Below, in pieces: positions 1 to 8,033 of a DNA stretch of 13,965 nt. The notes beneath the pieces were generated by a model. That model worked only from the letters and a program-made list of their open reading frames with translations, searched no databases and had not been told where the DNA came from. The stretch is from contig JAZKFH010000071.1 of the NCBI GenBank assembly GCA_040386535.1, forward strand, positions 12,672 through 26,636. The letters run 5' to 3'. The stretch's first letter is position 1. Each line of letters opens with the position of its first letter. The DNA is from Myxococcota bacterium (GTDB taxonomy: Bacteria; Myxococcota_A; UBA796; SXON01). Position numbers and translations under genes: made by a program.

Positions 1-744
1 CCCGCGGCGTACAAGCAGGGGCTCGAACCAGGTGCTGACCCACCGCTGCGACGACCCAAGGGGCTCCGCGCCTGTCGGCCGCCAGGCCAGGAAATTCCGG
101 CCCTCTGCGTGCCTCGTTTCCTGCCTTCCTCTATTCCTGCTTTCCTGATTTTCCGGCTTCGGAACTCCGGAGAATCAGGAAGGCAGGAAACAAGGAAGGC
201 AGGAGAGATACCGGAGAGGAGCCATGTCTCCGAGCTCCCTACCTCAGGACTCCGGCGAATCAGGAACGCAGGAAGCACGGAACGCAGGAGGAAAGAAGCC
301 ATCTCCGCTCGTTCACGGTGGCATGACCCCCGCGGTGTACAAGCAGGGGCTCGAACCAGGTGCTGACCCACCGCTGCGACGACACGAGGGGCTCCGCGCC
401 TGTCAGTCGCCAGGCCAGGAAGTTCCGGCCCTCTGCGTTCCTCTTTTCCTGCCTTCCTCTATTCCTGCTTTCCTGATTTTCAGGCTTCCGAACTCCGGAG
501 AATCAGGAACGCAGGAGACAAGGAAGGCAGGAGAAAATTCCCTCTGCGTTCCTCTTTTCCTGCCTTCCTCTATTCCTGCTTTCCTGATTTTCCGGCTTCG
601 GAACTCCGGAGGATCAGGAAGGCAGGAAACAAGGAGGGCAGGAGAAATACAGGAGAGGAGCCATGTCTCCGAGCGCCCTTCCTCAGGCTCCGGAGAATCA
701 GGAACGCAGGAAGCACGGAACGCAGGAGGAAAGAAGCCATCTCC
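1..744. repeat. Tandem 328-bp repeat array with internal 111-bp duplication and long hairpins (left copy may be cut by the window edge)
   Basis: 1-306 recurs at offset 328 (CCCGCGG.GTACAAGCAGGGG at 1 and 329; CCCTCTGCGT at 101, 429 and 540). 429-539 is duplicated from 540. Similarity ends at GAAAGAAGCCATCTCC (291-306 and 729-744). Three 38-bp-arm inverted repeats at 119-204, 447-532 and 558-643. Confidence 0.95.
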
Positions 745-973
745 CGCCGCCGTGGGGGCCACCGGTCGCCGACACAGGAAGTGTGCGCACACACCCCCCG
801 CGCGAGGGCATCCAGAGGGCGGGGCGGGCCCACGCCGGATCCGACGATCGCGCCCCCGTCGGAGGGCCCGCGCCGGTCCGGCCCGCCGGCAGCGGGCCGA
901 CCGAGCCGCTCGCGGCGAGCCCGCCGGACGCCCGGCCCGGCGCCGCGCCGGGACGCGCCCGCAGAGCCCACGA

Positions 974-3283
974 TCAGAACGACTGCGCGAAGTCCACGTA
1001 GAACTGCAGCGCGCGGCTCTCGAAGCCGTACGTCCACAGCGGCAACGCGACGGTCATGCCGGCGAAGACCGGGCGCACGCCGAACGCGTCGGTGACCGTG
1101 TGGAGGCCGAGCGTGGCGCTGACGGCGCCGAAGCGCGACACGTCGGCCTCTGGGGTGAGCGCGCCCCGCCACGCCGCGCCCGCCTCGATGCCGGGCGAGA
1201 TCTGGAGCTCGGTGAGCCAGATGCCGGGCAGCTTGATCGACGCGTTGCGGAAGAGCGCGCCGCGGTACTGGAGGTTGACCACGACGCGCTCGTTGGCGAG
1301 GACCGCGTCGACCGGCACGCCGTGGACCGCGTCACCGCCGCCGAGGGGGAGCAGCCGGTGGCCGACGGCGCCCGACGCCCAGCCGCCGCCGAGGCGTAGC
1401 GCGAGCACCTGGCGCGGATCGATGGGGACGAGCTGGATGACGCCGGCGGTGGCCGACGCCCAGGTGTCGCCGCCGCCGGGCACGATGCCGAGGCCGACCG
1501 TGGCGCTGTACTTGTGGCCGGCGAGGGGGATGTCGCCCGTGCGCGTGTCCCAGGCGTAGCCGAGGGTGGTGTCGAGCGCGATGCGGCCGCGGTCGGTGGC
1601 CTCGAAGTCGGGGTCGAGGAGGGCGCCGCCCACGGCGAGGCCGAGGCGATGGGCGCGGCCGCGGCGGTCGAGCAACGGGCCGAAGAAGTACGCGTAGCCG
1701 ACGCTGCCGCCGATGATGTCCTGCTTGTGGTGCGCCCCGGAGAGGAGCAGCAGGTTGCGCGTGTCGTTCTGGCGGCGGAACGCGAGGTCGAGCTGCAGAT
1801 CGAACGCGTTCTGCGTGGGCGAGAGGTTGGCGACGCGGCCGGAGAAGGTGGTGGTCCAGCGCGTGGGCCAGCGATCGTCGGAGAGCTCGCGCTGGCGCAC
1901 GTGGCCCTCGGCATCGACGCGCACGTTCTTCGGCGCCTTGGTGTCGCCGCCCGACGCGTCTACGGTGCGGGTGTCGATCGTGTGTGTGGCCGGCCCCGGC
2001 CCGGCGAGCCAGGGCGGCGCGGGCGCGCGGTCGATCGTGACGATCACGACCTCGGCGGGCGCGTCGGCCTCGGCCGTGCGCTCTACGGTGACGACGCCGT
2101 CGTGCACCGTGACCGCGTAGTTCTGCGCCTCCGGGTAGGGCGCGCCCCACGCGGCCACGAGGGCCTCGGGCACGCCGAGCGTGGCACAAGCCTTCTCGAG
2201 CGAGAGCCCCTCGAGGAGCGCCTTGGAGAGCGCGACGGCGCTGCCCTTGCCGAGCAGATCGTCGAGCTGGCGCGCGGCGGCGGGCGCGGGGAAGCGGGGG
2301 TGGGCCGTGTCGAACAGGCCGGGGTTGCGGTCGAACGGCTCGTCGAAGATCGCGTCGTAGTAGGGCAGGGTGCCGTCGTAGAGGAGGGCGTCCACGATGG
2401 GGTTCCACGCGAGCAACCCCAGCTTCTTGCGCATGTCGGGCGGGGGGAGCCCGCGGGTGAGCGCGCCGCCGATGAAGCTGCGCTCCCAGCCCACGCCACG
2501 CGGCACGGACGCCTCGACCATCACCCGCCGCACCGCCGCGCCGTGGAACGGCACGAGCCCCGGCGCCACGCGGAAGGCGCGCTCGGACAGGTACACCATG
2601 CCCGGCCCGGCGGTGGCGAGGTGGAGCAGGTCGAGGTCCTCCACGACGGTGAGCTCGGGCGCGCTCCGGAGCGGCCACCCGCCGTCGTTGGCGAGGCTGG
2701 CGACGCGCCCCTGGAGCCGCTTCTCGCGGGGGCCGGTGTCGACGAAGTGGATGCGCCCGCCGCCCGCCTCGACCGTGGAGACGCGCCCGTTGGGGATCAC
2801 CGCGAGCGCGGCGCGATCGGCGTACCCGCGCCATCGCAACAACGAGGTGCCGATGCGCCCGTTGAGCACGCCGACCACCGCGGCGGGCAGCACCACCTCG
2901 ACCCGCCACTGCGCGGTGACCGGGTGCCCCGCCTCGTCGACCACGAGCGGATGCCAGCCGCCGTTGGCCCAGAGCCCGCGGCCGGGCAACACGCCAAGGT
3001 CGCCGTAGCGGGTGGGGAGGTGCGCCACGAACTGCACCCGCCCCTCCTTGCCGGGCGCCGGCGACCACGTGACCGCGCCGATCGAGGGCCGGTTGGGGAA
3101 CGTGCGCACGAGCGCGCGATCGTCGGCGGGGGCGGGGATCAGCGCGAGCGGATCGACCAGCCGGCACGCGGCGCAGTCGGCGACGGACAGGGTGCCGCGC
3201 ACGGTGGTCAGATCGGCGTCGACCGTCGCGTCGACCCGGATGGTGGCCGCCCAGGCCGATGCCAGCAGCGCGAAGAGGATCAG
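974..3283 (-). CDS. Outer-membrane protein: signal peptide + M1-aminopeptidase-like N-terminal region without HEXXH + C-terminal Omp85/BamA-TamA-like beta-barrel
   Basis: Long ORF with GC-rich third positions. Hydrophobic signal LILFALLASAWA-A. M1-like segments (IRVDATVDADLTTVRGTL, GGWHPLV, WRVEVVLPAAVVGVLNG). Amphipathic beta-strands, LGGGDAVHGV (VRGY/F-like loop), C-terminal YVDFAQSF. Start uncertain: in-frame CTG at 3283, or ATG at 3300 if one base is missing from the G5 run at 3285-3289. Confidence 0.75.
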   Translation of the reverse strand: MILFALLASAWAATIRVDATVDADLTTVRGTLSVADCAACRLVDPLALIPAPADDRALVRTFPNRPSIGAVTWSPAPGKEGRVQFVAHLPTRYGDLGVLPGRGLWANGGWHPLVVDEAGHPVTAQWRVEVVLPAAVVGVLNGRIGTSLLRWRGYADRAALAVIPNGRVSTVEAGGGRIHFVDTGPREKRLQGRVASLANDGGWPLRSAPELTVVEDLDLLHLATAGPGMVYLSERAFRVAPGLVPFHGAAVRRVMVEASVPRGVGWERSFIGGALTRGLPPPDMRKKLGLLAWNPIVDALLYDGTLPYYDAIFDEPFDRNPGLFDTAHPRFPAPAAARQLDDLLGKGSAVALSKALLEGLSLEKACATLGVPEALVAAWGAPYPEAQNYAVTVHDGVVTVERTAEADAPAEVVIVTIDRAPAPPWLAGPGPATHTIDTRTVDASGGDTKAPKNVRVDAEGHVRQRELSDDRWPTRWTTTFSGRVANLSPTQNAFDLQLDLAFRRQNDTRNLLLLSGAHHKQDIIGGSVGYAYFFGPLLDRRGRAHRLGLAVGGALLDPDFEATDRGRIALDTTLGYAWDTRTGDIPLAGHKYSATVGLGIVPGGGDTWASATAGVIQLVPIDPRQVLALRLGGGWASGAVGHRLLPLGGGDAVHGVPVDAVLANERVVVNLQYRGALFRNASIKLPGIWLTELQISPGIEAGAAWRGALTPEADVSRFGAVSATLGLHTVTDAFGVRPVFAGMTVALPLWTYGFESRALQFYVDFAQSF

Positions 3284-3508
3284 CGGGGGCGCGGCGACAT
3301 GGGGATCTCTATCGCGGGGTGGGTCTCGAGCGGGGGCGCGGTTGGGGCGCCGTGGACCATCGGGCGCCCCGGGTCCGCGCGGACGCGGCCCCGTCGGCCC
3401 CCTCCAGTCTCGCGGCAAAGCCGCTCGGTCCCGCCGAGGCGGCGGGGACCGTCCGCCCGAGGCGGGCGGCCGACTTCCGGGCGCCTGGCGCGGGTGGTGC
3501 TCGACGGT

Positions 3509-3560
3509 GTCGGGCGGTCGGGCGGTCGGGCGGTCGGGCGGTCGGGCGGTCGGGCGGTCG
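3509..3560. repeat. Perfect 8-bp tandem repeat (CGGGCGGT)x6
   Basis: Six exact copies at 3511-3558 plus partial flanks, in the divergent intergenic region. Confidence 0.97.
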
Positions 3561-3700
3561 AAGCAGGGACCACCCCAACGCCGCAATCGCCTATGTGGGA
3601 CGCCCCTGATCGGAAAACAGGGTTCTGCTGGAGAGCACCCCGAGCGCCGTGGCAGACCGAACGCGGCTGGCCGCTCTGGGGGCCCGCGCATCGCTTGGTT

Positions 3701-3873
3701 CCGCCGCAGCGGTCACCGAGGCAGGATCATCCGGGATGGTCGCCGATGTTGGCTGCCCAGCTGCCACGGAAGCGAAATCATCCCGGATGATCGCCGTTGT
3801 TGGCCGCCCAGCGGCCACCGAGCCACCCCCTGACGAGCAGGTCCCCCCTCCGTGGCCGCCCAGCGGCCACGAG
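3701..3873. repeat. ~51-bp degenerate tandem repeat of alternating small palindromes
   Basis: ATCATCC at 3726 and 3777. CAGC.G.CAC at 3707, 3758, 3809 and 3861. Hairpins TGGCCGC-CCA-GCGGCCA (3801-3817), CGTGGCCGC-CCA-GCGGCCACG (3851-3871), ATCATCC-C-GGATGAT (3777-3791). Confidence 0.85.
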
Positions 3874-3972
3874 CGCCGCTCCCAGAAAACCCCGCGCCCG
3901 CGTCATCTCGGCCCCCAAAGGGTTTATCTACCCGCCCGTATTACGCGCCCGCACCCCCTCCCCGGACCAAGA

Positions 3973-4635
3973 ATGCTCCTCGACTTCGAACAAGCCGCCG
4001 CCCGCTTCGGCCACATCGACGGCACCGTCGTGGGCATGCGCCTCCGCTACCCCGCCTCCATCGAGGTCGACATCCGCTTCTACCCCTGGTGGGAGCACCC
4101 TCGGTACCGGGACGCGATCACCCGCGGCGCGAGCTGGGGGTTCGTCGAAACCGACGGGGTGATGCGCACCGCGACCCTCATCGGGACGGAGCTCGAGATC
4201 CTCCACCTGTGCGGCCTATCCGCCACGGACGTTGCCTTCTCCGAGAGCTGCCCGCGCTTGTGGAAGACCGACACGGACCGCGGCGACATCCTCGTCAACA
4301 CCGACGTGGACCTCGCGCGCCTGGCCGACGCGCTCGGCGAACGGATGGGTCGCTCGCCCGGAACGCCCGCGGACGTGCTTGCCTTTGTGGCCGAGGCGGC
4401 AGGCGGCGTGCTCCGTGCCCCGCGCGTGATCGGCTCGTTTCCGCGCCAGCTCCATCCGCTCGTGCTCGGCGCCCTGGCGGACATCGGCGTCGAGGTGTAC
4501 GCGCAGGAGGAGTACTGGGAGCCCCGCGGCCGCCGCCTGCTCGCGGAGTTCGACGACAGCTGGTTCATCGCCCGCGACATCTGGTTCGACGTGCCCGAGT
4601 TCGACCACCCGCCCGAGGTCTACGTCGGCGCCTAA
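3973..4635 (+). CDS. Hypothetical protein (220 aa)
   Basis: ATG at 3973 (MLLDFEQAAARFGHIDG...) marks the switch to gene-like codon usage and globular composition. The upstream part of the ORF track (3649-3972) is translated repeat. No family recognised. Confidence 0.8.
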   Translation: MLLDFEQAAARFGHIDGTVVGMRLRYPASIEVDIRFYPWWEHPRYRDAITRGASWGFVETDGVMRTATLIGTELEILHLCGLSATDVAFSESCPRLWKTDTDRGDILVNTDVDLARLADALGERMGRSPGTPADVLAFVAEAAGGVLRAPRVIGSFPRQLHPLVLGALADIGVEVYAQEEYWEPRGRRLLAEFDDSWFIARDIWFDVPEFDHPPEVYVGA

Positions 4636-5468
4636 GCCTGCCCCGCGAACCACCCCCCCATCCGCCCCACCGCCTCCGGATCCGCCCGCCGCACGAGCTC
4701 CACCCGCGCGTCGGGGCACGTGTCCGCGAGCCGCGCCGCCGTCACCGCCACGAGGTCGACGTCGCCGCGCTTGAAGGCCCGCCCCGCCTCGTTCAGCTCG
4801 ATGCCGACGGCGCGACGGCCCTCCGCCACCGCCGCGACCACGAAGCTGCCGGCCCCGAAGGCGTTGTCGAGCACCAGATCGCCCGGCGACGACCACGTCC
4901 GCACGAGGTAGCGGCCGAGCGCGACGGGCTTCTGGGTGGGGTGCCACACGGGGCCCTCGGACTCGGCGGTCTTGAAGTACACCACGTCCGTCGGGTAGCG
5001 ACCGCCCTCGGACTTGACGTGCACCGGGCGAAAGTCGCCGTAGGACCCGGTGAGCTGGTCCTTGCGCACGCCCTTGTCGTACGCCTTGCCCTCGCCCATC
5101 TGGGGGAAGTAGGCGGGTTGGCCCGCGTAGAACACGCAGATGTCCTCGTGGCGGCGGAGCGGCTGCTTCTTGGCGTTGAGGAAGTTGGTCGACTTGCTCT
5201 TGACCCACACCAGCTTGAAGCGGAACAAGCTCTCTTGCGACAGGATGATCCGCGCGGTGAACGGTCCCTGGGAGGTGAGCACGACCACGCCGTTGGGCGT
5301 CAGGACGCGGCGGTACTCGGCCCACAGCGCGTCCAGCGGGATGACGCTGTCCCAGGGGTTGCGCGTGGTGCCGTAGGGCAGGTCGCAGAGCACCAGCTGC
5401 ACGCATGCGTCGGGGACCGCGCGGAGCGCGCGCAGGCAGTCGCCCTCCACCAGCAGGGCGCCGGGCAC
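4632..5468 (-). CDS. Site-specific amino-DNA methyltransferase (N4-cytosine/N6-adenine, beta class), orphan
   Basis: GDCL at the N-terminus, catalytic motif IV CDLPYGTT, HPTQKP, SAM-binding motif I LVLDNAFGAGS, then GIEL. The order IV before I indicates beta class. GTG start immediately follows the upstream TAG. Confidence 0.93.
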   Translation of the reverse strand: MPGALLVEGDCLRALRAVPDACVQLVLCDLPYGTTRNPWDSVIPLDALWAEYRRVLTPNGVVVLTSQGPFTARIILSQESLFRFKLVWVKSKSTNFLNAKKQPLRRHEDICVFYAGQPAYFPQMGEGKAYDKGVRKDQLTGSYGDFRPVHVKSEGGRYPTDVVYFKTAESEGPVWHPTQKPVALGRYLVRTWSSPGDLVLDNAFGAGSFVVAAVAEGRRAVGIELNEAGRAFKRGDVDLVAVTAARLADTCPDARVELVRRADPEAVGRMGGWFAGQA

Positions 5469-6326
5469 CTACGCCGGCCGCCGCTCGCCGTCGGCGCCGA
5501 AGGTGGCCGAAGGATCGCGGAGGATGGCGCCGAAGCGGGCGGCGATGCGGGCGCCCATGACGCCGTCCACGAGGCGGTGGTCGAACAGGAACAGCACCGG
5601 CAACATCGGGCGCACGGCGGGGGCACCGTCGACCACGACGACCTCCTGCTGGACGGCGGTCACGCCCCAGAAGGTGCCGATGTGCACGAGCCGTTGGGGG
5701 ATGGCGATGTCGGCGCCGCGAAGAAGCATGCCGGGCGTCTGGCCCATGGCGGCGCCGGCGTTGGAGAGGGCGGTGGTGGCCGGAAAGCGCTCGTAGAGGC
5801 GCTCGGCGAAGGCGGAGCGGTCCATGGCGCGGTCCATCGTGGCGAGGGTGGCGTCGATCACGCGCTGGGGCGACGCCTCCAACAGGCCGAGCATCTGCCG
5901 CATGAACGGGTTGTCCGGCGCGCCCGCCCGCTCCGCACGAACGGTGGCGCGGGATGCGACGGCCACCTCCCGCAACGACAGCGTCTCCACCCGCTCCACG
6001 AGCGCCATGCCCACCTCGCGACGCGCGCCCGCGGCGTGGCCGAGCAGGTTGACCGGCATCGCGATGCCGACATGCTCCGACGTGACGATGCGGCGGTTCA
6101 CGATGCGCGCGTTGGCCTCCGGATGTTCGTCGAGCACCCGCCCCACGGTGGCGGCGATCAGCGCGCCGAGGGACACGCGCGGCTCCCCGAGCCCCTCGAG
6201 GTAGGCGAGCGCACCCGACACGTCCACGATGAAGTTGACCGTGATGTACGGGTTGCTCGGCCAGGCGAACCACCACAGCAGCGCCCGGCGGATCACGGAC
6301 GGGTCGGGCGCGGGGCGTCGGGCCAT
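5469..6326 (-). CDS. 2-oxoacid dehydrogenase E2-type acyltransferase, catalytic domain only
   Basis: Catalytic FDHRLVDG (DHRxxDG), HPEANA, TALSNAG, FWGVTAVQQEVVVVDG. 285 aa with no lipoyl or E3-binding domain. Confidence 0.88.
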   Translation of the reverse strand: MARRPAPDPSVIRRALLWWFAWPSNPYITVNFIVDVSGALAYLEGLGEPRVSLGALIAATVGRVLDEHPEANARIVNRRIVTSEHVGIAMPVNLLGHAAGARREVGMALVERVETLSLREVAVASRATVRAERAGAPDNPFMRQMLGLLEASPQRVIDATLATMDRAMDRSAFAERLYERFPATTALSNAGAAMGQTPGMLLRGADIAIPQRLVHIGTFWGVTAVQQEVVVVDGAPAVRPMLPVLFLFDHRLVDGVMGARIAARFGAILRDPSATFGADGERRPA

Positions 6327-6413
6327 CCCCCGGTCATAACCGCGTGGATGCGCGGTGCGGACGAGCCCGAGCGCCCCAGAGCGCGCGCGCCATCCCCCGA
6401 GCCGCCCCCCTGA

Positions 6414-7886
6414 TCAGTCCACCGTCCCCCGCCGCGCGCGCACCCGGTCGAGATCCGCGCGCTGGAACAGGCCCTCGGCGCCCCCGTCGAGATCCGCGAG
6501 GCCCGCCGTGGCGGTCACCCGGCCCAGGCGCGGGTCGGTCGCCGCGAGGGCCAGGAACCGCCGCTCCACCTCGGTGAGCCGCGCGCGGACCGCGGCCGAC
6601 GTCGCGCCCGGGAGCAACACGCCGAAGCCGTGGTCGCCCACGCGGCCCAGCACGTCGGTCCCGCGGAGCGCCTCGCGCAGGGCCCGCGCCAGCAGGCGCA
6701 CGGCGGCCCCGACCGCGGCGCTGCCGTGCGTGCGGCGGAGGGCCGCGGGCTCGTCGACATCGATGCGGGCGACCGCCAGGGGCTGCCGGGTGCGCCCGGC
6801 GATGGCGGCCTCGCGCTCGGCGGCCCGCACCAGCGCCACGCGGGGAAGGACGCCGGTGGCGCGCTCCACCGCCCGCAGCTCGCTGTCCTGCCGCGCCCGC
6901 TCCAACAGCGCGAGCCCCTGGACGCGGAGCCGATCGATGGGGAGGCTCGCGGGGATGGCCAGCTCCACGAGGCCCGCGGGGAGCTCGTCGGCGACGACCA
7001 CGCGCGGCAGGTCCCACCAGTCGGGGTGGCCGCGCAGCACCAGGGAGAGCTCGGCTACGTGGGGGCCCCCGAGCACCACCAGCGTCGGATCGATCTCCTC
7101 GAGCGTGGTGAGCAGCTGGGCGCGCGCGCGGAGCACGGTGAGCTCGACCGGGAGGTTCGCCAGGGCGCGCACCCAGTTCGTCGCCACGGGCTCCGAGGCC
7201 CCTACGATCAGCAGGCGATCGGGCTCGCGGGAGACCAGGGCGCGCACGCGTACGCGCGCCGCGAGGGTGCGCACGTCGAGCGGCGCCGAGAAGTAGGCCA
7301 GGGCGCCGGCGCACGCGGCGGCGAGGCGCACGGGCACGTCGTCGCCGTGGCCCCAGGCGTACAGGGGCAGATCGACGAAGCGGGCGGCGCCGCCGGCCTC
7401 CGGGGCGCCGGCCGCCCCCGCCGACGCACGCTCCGAGGACGAGATGTCGAACGCCGCGATCGGGAGCACCACCGCGAGTGGCGTCTCCTGCCGCGCCGCG
7501 TCGAGCGCCGCGTCGATCGACGGCACGAACCGCATCAACGGCTCGTTGCCGCCCTCGGGCTCGGGCAGGCCCACCACGAGGATCCGTCGCAACGCCTCGG
7601 CGGTCGGATCGATCGCCCGGCACGCGTCGAGCAGGCCCGCGAGCGCATCGGCGCCGCCGCCGGCCTCCATCGCGCGCGCGGCCTCGGCCGCCACCTGCTC
7701 CACCTCGTCCAGGTTCAGGGCGCGGGCGGTGCGCTGCACGCGCTCGAGCATCTCGCCCACGGCGTCCCGGAGATCCGCGTCCCCGCCGGCCAGCCCCGCG
7801 AGATGGCTGGCCTCCAACGCCTGCGATCGCAGCACGTCGGCGAAGCTCTCCCGCAGGCGCTCGCTGTCCGCCCGTTGCACCGGCAT
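6414..7886 (-). CDS. Degenerate GGDEF-domain signalling protein (HPt-like + two pseudo-receiver + GGDEF-like)
   Basis: C-terminal GGDEF fold: ATGVLPR, LAVARIDVD, LRGTDVLGRVGDHGFGVLLPG, VTATAGLA, LFQRAD. Receiver-like GALAYFSAPLDVRTLAARVR. RBS AGGAGG (7896-7891) before ATG 7886; GTG 7880 is an alternative start. Confidence 0.85.
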   Translation of the reverse strand: MPVQRADSERLRESFADVLRSQALEASHLAGLAGGDADLRDAVGEMLERVQRTARALNLDEVEQVAAEAARAMEAGGGADALAGLLDACRAIDPTAEALRRILVVGLPEPEGGNEPLMRFVPSIDAALDAARQETPLAVVLPIAAFDISSSERASAGAAGAPEAGGAARFVDLPLYAWGHGDDVPVRLAAACAGALAYFSAPLDVRTLAARVRVRALVSREPDRLLIVGASEPVATNWVRALANLPVELTVLRARAQLLTTLEEIDPTLVVLGGPHVAELSLVLRGHPDWWDLPRVVVADELPAGLVELAIPASLPIDRLRVQGLALLERARQDSELRAVERATGVLPRVALVRAAEREAAIAGRTRQPLAVARIDVDEPAALRRTHGSAAVGAAVRLLARALREALRGTDVLGRVGDHGFGVLLPGATSAAVRARLTEVERRFLALAATDPRLGRVTATAGLADLDGGAEGLFQRADLDRVRARRGTVD

Positions 7887-8033
7887 GCGGCCTCCTGGGC
7901 CGCCACGGATAGCACCGTCCACGGCGAACCGCGCCTATAAACCCATTACACGCCCTTTCACCGACGCGAGCGGTGCGTACACCCCCAGGCCCATGACCGG
8001 CCACCAAAGCACCCCCTCCCCGGAGGGACCCCC

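Noticed and set aside
109..1399. ORFs 109-366, 224-1399 and 403-792 in the left array
   Set aside because: Translations of the DNA repeats (repeated LPSSIPAFLIFRL) running into the antisense of the Omp85-like gene; no gene-like codon usage.
3301..3972. N-terminal extensions of ORFs 974-3691 and 3649-4635
   Set aside because: Pro/Arg-rich translations of the 8-bp and 51-bp repeats; signal peptide and codon bias begin downstream.
4632..5468. Complete restriction-modification system or prophage
   Set aside because: No recognisable endonuclease, integrase or phage genes in the window.
5469..6326. Assigning aceF, sucB or pdhC
   Set aside because: No lipoyl or subunit-binding domains and no E1/E3 neighbours.
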